62,569 bases of DNA from assembly GCA_036770325.1 (NCBI GenBank), contig DAIPJJ010000002.1, positions 1 through 62,569 of the forward strand, written 5' to 3'. Origin of the DNA: Terriglobales bacterium (GTDB lineage Bacteria; Acidobacteriota; Terriglobia; Terriglobales; Acidobacteriaceae). The notes under the pieces are model-generated. The model searched no databases. It had not been told where the DNA came from and saw nothing but the letters and a program-made list of their open reading frames with translations. Positions 36,225 through 44,660 of this stretch are shown piece after piece; the stretch's first letter is position 1; every line of letters begins with the position of its first letter. Both the position numbers and the translations under genes were made by a program.

Positions 36225-37613
36225 ATGATTCTTATGTCTCAAACCATTCTTGAAGCACAAACCGAGACTGACCTGAAACAACTCGCTCAGGACATCGTTC
36301 GCCGGGCCATGGCCGGCGGCGCGACTGCAGCCGAGTGCGTCATTCGTGAAGGGGACGAATTCTCTACGCTCGTTCGCCTCGGCCAGGTTGAGACGTTGAA
36401 AGAATCGGGATCGAAATCTATTGGGGTGCGAGTCTTTAATGGTAAGCGCGCGGCCAGCACGCATTCGAGCGATTTCACCCGTGCAGGGCTCGACCGCATG
36501 TTGAGCTCGGCGCTTGAGCTTTCGAAGATCACCTCTGAAGATCCATTCTCCGGAATTCCAGACGCGGACCAACTCGGCTCGATCTCCGGCGATCTCGACC
36601 TTTATTCCCCTGACGTTTACTCTCTGCCTGGGCAAGAGCGCATCGCCTACGCTCGCCGGGCAGAAAAAGCTGCGCTCGATTCCGATCCGCGCATCAAGAA
36701 TTCCGAAGGCGGATCATTCGACGCCGCAACGGGCCACAAGATTTTTGCAAATTCGCATGGCTTCGTCGGCGAGTATCGGCGATCGTACTGCTCGGTCGCG
36801 GCCGTTCCCATTGCACAAGAAGACAATGGCGCCATGCAGCGCGACTACTGGTTTTCGGTCTCGCGCAACCTGGCGAAGCTCGAATCGCCGGAGGAAGTCG
36901 GCAAAATTGCGGCTCAGCGCGCACTTCGACGCCTGGGCGCTCGCAAAGTCAAAACGCAACAGGTTCCTGTCGTTTTCGATCCGCTGGTTGCTACTTCGAT
37001 TCTCAGCCACATCTTCGAAGGCGTGAATGGAGACTCGGTTTACCGCGGCGCGTCTTTCCTGGCGGGAAAGCTGGGCGAGAAGATCGCCTCCGACAATGTA
37101 ACCGTCATCGACGACGGAACCATGGTCGGCGGCTTCGGTACCAGTCCGTTTGACGGCGAAGGCATTCCGACCCGCCGCACCGTTGTGATCGAGAACGGCG
37201 TGCTCAAGTCCTATCTGCTGAATACCTACACGGCGAAGAAACTTGGCTTGCAAACCACCGCTAACGCTTCTCGCGGACTCGCCGGGACACCGGGCATTGG
37301 GCCGGGGAACTATTTTCTGCAAGCTGGAAGCAAGACTCCGCAGCATCTGATCGGCGAAATTAAAGAAGGCCTTTACGTCACCGAGTTTCTCGGCATGGGC
37401 GTGAATCTCGTCACCGGAGACTATTCTCGCGGCGCATCCGGACTCTGGATTTCCGGCGGCGAGCTGACGTATCCGGTCGAAGAGATCACGGTCGCGGGAA
37501 ATTTGAAAGACATGTTTCTGAACATTTCTGCAATCGCCGATGACCTCGAATTTCGCGGCTCGGTCGCATCGCCTACAATCCGTATTGACGGGCTTACCGT
37601 CGGCGGCGAATAG
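36225..37613 (+). CDS. pmbA: metalloprotease PmbA/TldE
   Basis: 462 aa, a TldD/PmbA-family paralogue without the HExxxH-like motif, immediately downstream of tldD. An alternative start is ATG 36234. Confidence 0.9.
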   Translation: MILMSQTILEAQTETDLKQLAQDIVRRAMAGGATAAECVIREGDEFSTLVRLGQVETLKESGSKSIGVRVFNGKRAASTHSSDFTRAGLDRMLSSALELSKITSEDPFSGIPDADQLGSISGDLDLYSPDVYSLPGQERIAYARRAEKAALDSDPRIKNSEGGSFDAATGHKIFANSHGFVGEYRRSYCSVAAVPIAQEDNGAMQRDYWFSVSRNLAKLESPEEVGKIAAQRALRRLGARKVKTQQVPVVFDPLVATSILSHIFEGVNGDSVYRGASFLAGKLGEKIASDNVTVIDDGTMVGGFGTSPFDGEGIPTRRTVVIENGVLKSYLLNTYTAKKLGLQTTANASRGLAGTPGIGPGNYFLQAGSKTPQHLIGEIKEGLYVTEFLGMGVNLVTGDYSRGASGLWISGGELTYPVEEITVAGNLKDMFLNISAIADDLEFRGSVASPTIRIDGLTVGGE

Positions 37614-38018
37614 ATGAAATTTGCGAAAATCGTTTTCCTGATCGCTGGAATTCTCGGCCTTCTCGAGCTCACCCCGCTTTACTTCATGTTCAACATCATC
37701 AGCCGACAGGATCCGCCGGCGATCACTCATCCAGCGTTCTTTTACGGGTTCGTTGGAATCGGCCTCGCATGGCAAATTGCGTTTCTGGTGATCTCTCGCG
37801 ACCCAGTACGACTACGCCCAATAATGATTCCCGCCGTCATCGAAAAATTCGCCTACGCCGGCACTGCCATCGCGCTCTACATGCAATCGCGATTACACGC
37901 CTCGGATCTCACATTCGGCATCATCGATCTGTTATTTGGGATCCTCTTCCTCACTGCATTCTTCAAGACTTCGACTGCATCCGCGAAGGCAATACCCGCG
38001 CAATCAGCGCGTGCCTAG
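37614..38018 (+). CDS. small integral membrane protein, unknown function
   Basis: 134 aa with four hydrophobic spans. Its ATG directly follows the pmbA stop. Confidence 0.6.
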   Translation: MKFAKIVFLIAGILGLLELTPLYFMFNIISRQDPPAITHPAFFYGFVGIGLAWQIAFLVISRDPVRLRPIMIPAVIEKFAYAGTAIALYMQSRLHASDLTFGIIDLLFGILFLTAFFKTSTASAKAIPAQSARA

Positions 38019-38044
38019 AATCGAGAAGTTTCGAAGGAGCTCAC

Positions 38045-38482
38045 ATGAAGCACGTACTCTTCTGTCTTGCTTTGTGCATTCCACTCTTGCCGCTGGCCAG
38101 CTCTGCCGAATCGCCAGATGAGAATCGGATTCTCGCACTCGAGAACGCGTGGAATCAGGCGCAACTGCATCATGATGCAACGGCACTGCGCCACCTGTTG
38201 CCTGACTCGTTCATCTACACCGACTATGACGGCACCGTCATGGACAAATCGCAATTCCTCGCCGATCTGCAGGACCCCGACTACCAGGCCAGTCTCGTCA
38301 CGAATGAAAACGTGAAAGTGTTTACCTACCCGAGCGCCGCGATCGTAGCCGGGACGTATCACACAAAAGGAAAATATAAAGGCAAGCCATTTGAGCACTG
38401 GGGACGTTTCACTGACACCTGGGTCTTCCAGAACAATCTCTGGCAGTGTGTGGCCAGCCATACCACTCTGGTAAAGAAATAG
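38045..38482 (+). CDS. secreted SnoaL-like/DUF4440 (NTF2-fold) protein
   Basis: 145 aa from ATG 38045 with the SD gaaggag. It has a signal peptide, and the pattern ALENAWNQA...D.F.YTDYDGTV...W.R.TDTWVFQNNLWQCVASH is typical of DUF4440. Confidence 0.75.
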   Translation: MKHVLFCLALCIPLLPLASSAESPDENRILALENAWNQAQLHHDATALRHLLPDSFIYTDYDGTVMDKSQFLADLQDPDYQASLVTNENVKVFTYPSAAIVAGTYHTKGKYKGKPFEHWGRFTDTWVFQNNLWQCVASHTTLVKK

Positions 38483-38515
38483 CCTGCCCGGGCGCGAACG
38501 ACATACAATCCTCGT

Positions 38516-39022
38516 ATGGGCGGTTGGATTCAGCCGTCGCCGGTGGCGCAGGAACCGGATTCCAGCCGGCGAATCATTATTATTGTTGCCATAGCCGCGG
38601 TCGCGATCGTTGCGATTGGCATCGCGCTATTGCTGCGTGCATCGCCCAAACCGCAAGAACAAATTCCACCCTACGCTTCTCAACTGAAGATTTCCGACCT
38701 GAAGATGAGCCAGTCACAAAATTTTGTGGGCGCCAACGTCACATACATCGACGGAACCTTGGCGAACGCAGGCAACAAGACCGTGGGGCATACGACGGTG
38801 CGGGTAACCTTCAAGGACCTTTACGGCCAAGTGGCGCAGATCGAAGAAGTGCCCATTAAGATCCTGCAGACGAACGGCCCCTACCCTGACACGGTGGATC
38901 TTTCGGTCGTGCCACTCGCGCCCGGGCAGTCGAAGCCGTTCCGGCTGATCTTCGAGCACGTCAGCGAGCAGTGGAACCAGGCGTATCCCGAGCTTCAGAT
39001 CGTGAATATTCAACTGAAGTGA
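38516..39022 (+). CDS. membrane-anchored protein with a beta-sandwich-like ectodomain, unknown function
   Basis: 168 aa with a single TM (IIIIVAIAAVAIVAIGIALLL) followed by a beta-rich domain. I do not confidently recognise a family. Confidence 0.55.
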   Translation: MGGWIQPSPVAQEPDSSRRIIIIVAIAAVAIVAIGIALLLRASPKPQEQIPPYASQLKISDLKMSQSQNFVGANVTYIDGTLANAGNKTVGHTTVRVTFKDLYGQVAQIEEVPIKILQTNGPYPDTVDLSVVPLAPGQSKPFRLIFEHVSEQWNQAYPELQIVNIQLK

Positions 39023-39398
39023 ACGCTGCTACCTCAAGCGCAATCGTTCATCATCGTGTTGTGCGGCTGAGACTATAAGATCGTCTCTAAGATCACGCTG
39101 TTGTTTGTTAAACGCGAGCCGTACCATAACTGCTCCCGCCCCTAACCCCAGGAGAAAGACCCCCAACGCAAAAGAAAACATAAGCGCATGATGGACGGAA
39201 TTTTTGTCGCGCAAAAAAGTTTTCCATCGTTTTTACAGAAATGGAACAAACTGATTGTTCTGCAATGAATATCGGACTTCGAGGAGCTTCGCAGTAATTT
39301 AGTTGCCGCGTCGCCAAGCTTCACTGTTCCGCTTTCGTAACAACTTCCTGCGCAGCGTTAAGGGGAGCAGCTCCCCGACTCTCCTCTACAATATCTGC

Positions 39399-40544
39399 AT
39401 GTCGCGAACGAAAGCCGTGCGGTTGACCGAGACGGTTAAAGCCGCAGGTTGAGCTTCCAAGCTGAGTCCGGCGGCGCTGGACAAGGTGCTTGGGAAATTA
39501 GCCCGGCAACATGATCCGAACGTCCTTGTCGGCTTTGATCACGCCGACGACGCGGGCGTGTATCTAATCGCGCCTGAGCAGGCACTGGTTCAGACAGTCG
39601 ATTTCTTTACGCCAATCATTGATGATCCCTATACTTTCGGCCAGATCGCGGCGACGAATTCTCTAAGCGACATTTACGCGATGGGCGGAAAACCGCTGAC
39701 CGCGCTCGCGCTGGTGTGCTTCCCGGGAAAAGGTGATCTCGAAGTTCTTGAGCGAATCCTGGCCGGCGGGCTCTCAAAGATGGTCGAGGCCGGATGCACG
39801 ATCATCGGCGGCCACAGCATTCGCGATGAGGAAACAAAGTTTGGATATTCGGTCACAGGGACAGTGAATCCGAAGCGAGTGCTGCAAAACGGCGGGGCGC
39901 GTGCCGGTGATCGACTGCTTTTGACGAAGCATATCGGCACGGGAGTGATTTCCACTGCGATAAAGAAAGGCGTCGCCAAGCAATCCTGGATCGATGCGGC
40001 CGTAAAGTCGATGACGACACTGAACAAGAGCGCGGCGGAGGTAATTGCCGGATTTGAGGAAGATCAACATCCCCACCCTCCCCTGAAGGGGAAGGATGGG
40101 GCGCACCGTTCGTCGGCGAACGACCAACGACCGACGACCGACGACGGCTTTTTCGTTCACGCCCTTACCGACGTCACGGGCTTCGGACTGATCGGTCACC
40201 TTCGCGAAATGCTGCTAGCTTCGGATGGCGTTTCCGCGAGACTGCAGGCCTCGAAAATTCCTTTGCTAGAAGGCGCGCTTGATTGTGTCCGCGCCGGACA
40301 CATCCCTGGCGGACTTAACGCCAACCGCGAATTCGCGGAATGCATTGTGGATTACGGGGACGCCGTCCCAGAGAATCTCAAAACAATCCTTTTCGATCCC
40401 CAGACCGCCGGAGGACTACTCATATCTGCGTCGGAGGGGACAGCTTCAGGTCTCAAGAGTGCCCTTGTGAGTGCCGGAGTTCACGCTGTCGAAATCGGAG
40501 AGATAGTCGAAGCTACGAAAGCCGTGATTATGATCGATCCCTAG
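39399..40544 (+). CDS. selD: selenide, water dikinase (selenophosphate synthetase), selenocysteine-containing
   Basis: The ORF-track entry 39486-40544 lacks the conserved N-terminus. Reading in the same frame from ATG 39399 gives MSRTKAVRLTETVKAAG-U-ASKLSPAALDKVL, with TGA at 39450-39452. This aligns to the E. coli SelD [25 protein letters not shown] region, with U at the catalytic Cys17 position. Confidence 0.85.
39457..39493 (+). promoter_or_regulatory. candidate bacterial SECIS stem-loop
   Basis: Starts 5 nt after the UGA. The lower stem is ccaagc/gcttgg (39457-62 / 39488-93). The upper stem is gtccggc/gctggac (39466-72 / 39476-82, one G-U) with a small G-rich apical loop. Confidence 0.5.
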
Positions 40545-40564
40545 TGTTGACTACTGGCAACCGA

Positions 40565-41092
40565 TCAGCGAATCAGCTCCCAGATTCTGGCCAGATGATG
40601 ATCGTCGTGCTCGGCGACGAAATAGAGGTGGTCAATCAGCCGCATCGCTTGTTTCAACCGTGGGTGCAACATGGTGCGCGAGAACAGTTCCGGCTGAAGT
40701 TCCTCTAGTCGCTCCAAAAGACGTGATCGAGCCGTGCGGAACTGGGCCAAAATGTCCTCAGCCTTCGTGGAATTGTGATTGGCTTCGTGCGTCTTACGGT
40801 TGCTCAAGTCTGCGACGGTGAGCTCCGCACCTCCGACCACAAAATCCTCTACTCGCGCAAGCCAGAGCGGTTCCAGATCCAAAAGGTGTCCCGCTTGTTC
40901 CTGCGCTGACCATTTATTGGCTGGCTTGCGCACCAGAACTTCGCGCGAGACGCTTCGCACCATTTCCTCAAGCCGCGCCGGAGTGCCACGCAGCCGGACA
41001 ATCAGATTTGGAAACTGCTCAACTGGAAAAGTAAACTCGAACTTCCGTTCAAACCATAGCGGAACTGAACTCATGGATTTTTCCCGTGTCAC
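40565..41092 (-). CDS. DinB family protein
   Basis: 175 aa with the C-terminal AEHDDHHLARI and DinB-like four-helix pattern. An alternative start is ATG 41074. Confidence 0.8.
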   Translation of the reverse strand: MTREKSMSSVPLWFERKFEFTFPVEQFPNLIVRLRGTPARLEEMVRSVSREVLVRKPANKWSAQEQAGHLLDLEPLWLARVEDFVVGGAELTVADLSNRKTHEANHNSTKAEDILAQFRTARSRLLERLEELQPELFSRTMLHPRLKQAMRLIDHLYFVAEHDDHHLARIWELIR

Positions 41093-41177
41093 TTAAGACG
41101 TTAGCGGCATCTAGAACACGAGCAATCTGATTCTTGTAAACACGTTCCAGCTTCTTTTTTCGTCTGAGGAGGTGACA

Positions 41178-42170
41178 ATGAAAACTCGCCAGCTTGGCCG
41201 CAGTGGTCTGGCCGTTTCTGCCGAAGGACTCGGCTGCATGGGTATGTCGGAGTTTTACGGGCCCGGAGATGAGGCCGAATCGATTCGCACTATTCATCGC
41301 GCTATCGAACTCGGAATCAATTTCCTCGACACGGCTGATATCTACGGGCCGTTCAAGAATGAGGAACTTGTAGGCCGCGCGATCAAAGGCAAGCGCGACA
41401 AGCTGATTATTGCGACAAAGTTCGGCATCGTTCGGGATCCCGCGAATCCGAAGAGCCGTGGAGTAAACGGCAAACCCGAGTACGTGCGAAAGGCTTGCGA
41501 GGCGAGCCTGAAACGTCTGGGGATCGACTACATCGATCTCTATTACCAGCACCGCGTTGATCCCAACACGCCAATCGAAGAGACCGTCGGCGCCATGGCC
41601 GATTTAGTCAGGGAAGGAAAGATTCGCCACATCGGGCTCTCCGAAGCCCGCCCGAACAACCTGCGGCGCGCGGCAAAAGTTCACGCCATAACTGCGCTGC
41701 AGTCGGAGTATTCGCTATGGACTCGCGATCATGAAGCGGATGTGATTCCCACCTGCCGTGAACTGGGCATCGGCTTTGTCGCGTATAGCCCGCTCGGGCG
41801 CGGGTTTCTCACCGGGCAAATCAAGAAGTTTGACGACTTCGCTCCTGACGATTTCCGCCGCAATTCGCCGCGCTTTCAAGGAGAGAACTTCCAGAAGAAC
41901 CTCGATCTTGTAAGCAAAGTTCAGGAGCTCGCTGGAAAGAAAAACTGCACGCCCTCGCAGTTAGCGCTGGCATGGGTACTCGCCAAAGGAGACCACTTCG
42001 TTCCGATTCCCGGCACCAAGCGGGTGAAATATCTGGAAGAAAACATCGGTGCGCTGGAAGTGAAATTAAGTACCGACGAACTCACCGGACTCGAGAAAGT
42101 GTTTCCGCCGGGAGCTGCCGCCGGCGACCGCTACAACGAGCAAGGCTTACAGATGATCAATGCGGCGTAA
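41178..42170 (+). CDS. aldo/keto reductase
   Basis: About 330 aa starting at ATG 41178, 5 nt after the SD gaggagg. It has AKR motifs [16 protein letters not shown] and YYQHRVD. Confidence 0.9.
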   Translation: MKTRQLGRSGLAVSAEGLGCMGMSEFYGPGDEAESIRTIHRAIELGINFLDTADIYGPFKNEELVGRAIKGKRDKLIIATKFGIVRDPANPKSRGVNGKPEYVRKACEASLKRLGIDYIDLYYQHRVDPNTPIEETVGAMADLVREGKIRHIGLSEARPNNLRRAAKVHAITALQSEYSLWTRDHEADVIPTCRELGIGFVAYSPLGRGFLTGQIKKFDDFAPDDFRRNSPRFQGENFQKNLDLVSKVQELAGKKNCTPSQLALAWVLAKGDHFVPIPGTKRVKYLEENIGALEVKLSTDELTGLEKVFPPGAAAGDRYNEQGLQMINAA

Positions 42171-42204
42171 TTCTTGGCGCGGACTCCCCGTCCGCGCCAC
42201 AAAT

Positions 42205-43119
42205 TTATTCGGCTGCAGGGGCGGGCGGCGGTAACTTGATCAGGAACCGGTCGGCCTTTTCGTCCACGACTTTGTAATCGGATGGCACAACGAACAGTGA
42301 GCTGTCCGGCTCGGCAGTATTGACGCTGCTGAACTGCATCTTCATTTCTCCGGCCCACGGATCGTTGTGTTTGGTCATGATCGTCGCCTTCAACTCAGGC
42401 GAATACCAGCGCTCGGAAGTCACTACAATCGGCTGCTCGTTCCCCATTTTGCCCGCGGGAATTGTTGTCGTCATGCGCCTACCTGTCGCATGGATGCCCT
42501 CAATCGTCTGGTCGCCGAGATCTTCAGATTGTGCTCCCTTACTGGCTCCAGGGCCGCCTTCTGTGTTGATAAAAACATTGCCAAACGCAACATCAGCGGC
42601 GGGTTCAGGCCCCTGGCGGAAAAACATCACCTTTTCTTTCACCGCGGGACCGCCGTTTTGGCGGGCGCCTTTTTCCACGATTCCACCTCCCGCAGAAGGA
42701 AGAACCATTTTGCGGGCAGTCTTGCTGTTCGGGTCGAGAACATACCGAAAGCCCGCAACCGAATCAATGATGGTGATGAGTTTCGTCGCAGGCCTTTGCG
42801 ATGTCGCTCCCAAAAGGTTTAGCTCAGATTCACGACGAGTACGCCCCTCGCTGTCCCGGCAGAGGGTCGAGTTGTCGCTGGTGTGTATGCGGTTGCCGTC
42901 AGCGAATAGCTGTGTGTGCTCAGTTGTAACGACTGCGCAGAACGGAGCACCCTTGACCTGCGCGGTCTCCATGCCGTCCATAGCGACGCTCACGCCAATT
43001 TTCGGCGGCATGGTGGCGAGAACTTGCGCAGCCATGGTTCCGGCGCCGATATCTGGCGTTTGCGCCTGGGCCGCCAGTGTCACGGTCGCCATCAGGAAAA
43101 ACAAAGTAGTTCTAGACAT
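42205..43119 (-). CDS. secreted protein of unknown function (third gene of the sigma/anti-sigma module)
   Basis: Starts at ATG 43119 with the SD ggagga and has a signal peptide MSRTTLFFLMATVTLAAQAQ. The upstream anti-sigma stop at 43134 is 14 nt upstream of this start. Confidence 0.6.
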   Translation of the reverse strand: MSRTTLFFLMATVTLAAQAQTPDIGAGTMAAQVLATMPPKIGVSVAMDGMETAQVKGAPFCAVVTTEHTQLFADGNRIHTSDNSTLCRDSEGRTRRESELNLLGATSQRPATKLITIIDSVAGFRYVLDPNSKTARKMVLPSAGGGIVEKGARQNGGPAVKEKVMFFRQGPEPAADVAFGNVFINTEGGPGASKGAQSEDLGDQTIEGIHATGRRMTTTIPAGKMGNEQPIVVTSERWYSPELKATIMTKHNDPWAGEMKMQFSSVNTAEPDSSLFVVPSDYKVVDEKADRFLIKLPPPAPAAE

Positions 43120-43133
43120 AACTTCCTCCAATC

Positions 43134-43880
43134 TCAATGCACAATGCGAATGCCCCGAGCGAAGCCGTCAGGGCCGATCAGGACGTCGGCAGTGACGAAT
43201 CCGCTGGGCGAAGCAGAAACTTGCGTGAGTCCGGCTGCCCGGGCCGGCAACTCTACCCGCACCATTTGCATTCCGCCACCGCAGCTCAGGTCGTCGCAAT
43301 ACATCAGGCTGCGAAATCCCTCCGCAGGCGAAGTTTCCAAACCATCAGCGATAGGCGTTGGAACGGTTGCAGAAATTAGACGGTCCGAGGTTGTTTCGTG
43401 CTTCTGGGTGTTGAGCATGCGGGCGACCGCTGGTTGTCGGTGAATCGCAGGCGGCGGGGAATTCGGAGCGATCGACTGATGTGCGACGCCGGTCTGCGGA
43501 ATCGGTAAGATGCTTGGCTTTTTTGTCGCCCAATAAGCCATCGCCGCCAATCCACCAATCAGTACGACCGCAACAAATGCAGATGCTAATCGCCAAGCGG
43601 TAAAGCGAAAGTGCCTGCGCGTTGGTTCGGCTTCAGAAGCAGCAACTTGCCTCCGATAGTTCGCAAGGACCTTGGCGTTGAAGGAAGCTGGAATCGGAGG
43701 AGTGGTCTCGCGTAGCAAACGCAAAGAAGCAGCGGTCTCACTCCTGATTTCGAAGAACTCCCTGCAACGCCGACAGTCGGAAAGGTGTTCAGAGATCTCG
43801 CTTTCCCGGGCCGCAAGAACATCGAAAATTGAACCTTTTTCTAAGTACGCGCGGAGTTCTTTGCAGTTCATATCAGGCAT
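43134..43880 (-). CDS. membrane anti-sigma factor (zf-HC2 type)
   Basis: 248 aa with an N-terminal CKELRAYL...HLSDCRRCREF (HxxxCxxC) and one central TM (LASAFVAVVLIGGLAAMAYW). It overlaps the 3' end of the sigma gene by 13 nt. Confidence 0.78.
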   Translation of the reverse strand: MPDMNCKELRAYLEKGSIFDVLAARESEISEHLSDCRRCREFFEIRSETAASLRLLRETTPPIPASFNAKVLANYRRQVAASEAEPTRRHFRFTAWRLASAFVAVVLIGGLAAMAYWATKKPSILPIPQTGVAHQSIAPNSPPPAIHRQPAVARMLNTQKHETTSDRLISATVPTPIADGLETSPAEGFRSLMYCDDLSCGGGMQMVRVELPARAAGLTQVSASPSGFVTADVLIGPDGFARGIRIVH

Positions 43881-44494
43881 CCTTCAGCACCGGCCGCTCG
43901 AATTGCTGCGTTTCCGTCCCTGAGCGGCTTCAACTTTTTTGCCAGCAGGTTGTGCGCGCGGTTCAAACGCGACCGGACGGTTCCGACTGCACATCCCAGA
44001 CGCGAGGCGGCTTCGACGTATGAGAATTCACATAGATCGCAGAGAACGATCACTTGTGCGTAGTGCTCAGGGAGCGATCGCACGGCCGCACGGACCTGCT
44101 CGGCTGCCTGGTTGCGGATCATCCTCCTTTGCAGCGCCTCCGGCTCGATTACCAGACTCGCAGCCATGCGCTGGATGGTTTCGTCGTCTGGCAGAGGCTC
44201 GTATGCACGTTCCCGCCGCGCGCGGCGGACGAAGTTGCGGACGAATCCGAATACAAATGCGCCCACATCCCCGCGCTCCTCACGATACTTCCGTCCCTCT
44301 TTCAATAAAGCCATGAACGCTTCCTGCGTGACTTCCTCTGCAGCCGTAATCGACCCCGTCATATAAACCGCGTAGCGAAAAATGCCGCCCTTTAACTTCT
44401 CATAAAGCACAAGGAACGCGGGCTCCTCTCCGGCCAGTGCTGCGCAGAGGAGTTCGGCATCTGACCGGGCTTCGACCATATCTGTGCTTGCCAT
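43868..44494 (-). CDS. ECF-type RNA polymerase sigma-70 factor
   Basis: 208 aa from ATG 44494, with region 2 (FLVLYEKLKGGIFRYAVYMTG..AEEVTQEAF) and region 4 (FSYVEAASRLGCAVGTVRSRLNRA). The longer track ORF (to 44788) overlaps ftsH and is rejected. Confidence 0.85.
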   Translation of the reverse strand: MASTDMVEARSDAELLCAALAGEEPAFLVLYEKLKGGIFRYAVYMTGSITAAEEVTQEAFMALLKEGRKYREERGDVGAFVFGFVRNFVRRARRERAYEPLPDDETIQRMAASLVIEPEALQRRMIRNQAAEQVRAAVRSLPEHYAQVIVLCDLCEFSYVEAASRLGCAVGTVRSRLNRAHNLLAKKLKPLRDGNAAIRAAGAEGCLI

Positions 44495-44595
44495 CGCGGG
44501 TGTCGGTTTGACGTTTATGCTGTCACTCTGTCTTCGCAGCAGGGAAGGATAAAGTTCCTCAAATTGTGGGATGCAGTGCAGTGCATCGCCAAAGC

Positions 44596-44624
44596 AGAAA
44601 AGAAAAGGCGGCCAGTGGCCGCCC
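44596..44624 (-). terminator. rho-independent terminator of ftsH
   Basis: On the minus strand, ggcggcc-act-ggccgcc is followed by ttttcttttct. It lies about 37 nt downstream of the ftsH stop. Confidence 0.65.
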
Positions 44625-44660
44625 AAAGGTTTTGCAGATAGCTGAAGGCTGAGAGGTCGA

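Noticed and set aside
35202-37775. Long minus-strand ORFs 35202-36056 (284 aa) and 36714-37775 (353 aa)
   Set aside because: They are antisense to tldD and pmbA respectively and have no motifs. They are shadow ORFs.
37769-38044. Upstream 92 codons of track ORF 37769-38482
   Set aside because: This region overlaps the membrane-protein gene 37614-38018 in another frame. The ATG at 38045 has a strong SD (gaaggag) and is followed by a signal peptide.
39029-39214. Small minus-strand ORF (61 aa, or 50 aa from an internal ATG) with one hydrophobic segment
   Set aside because: It could be a real small membrane protein. However, it has a TTG start, no clear SD and no recognisable family, so the evidence is insufficient to call it.
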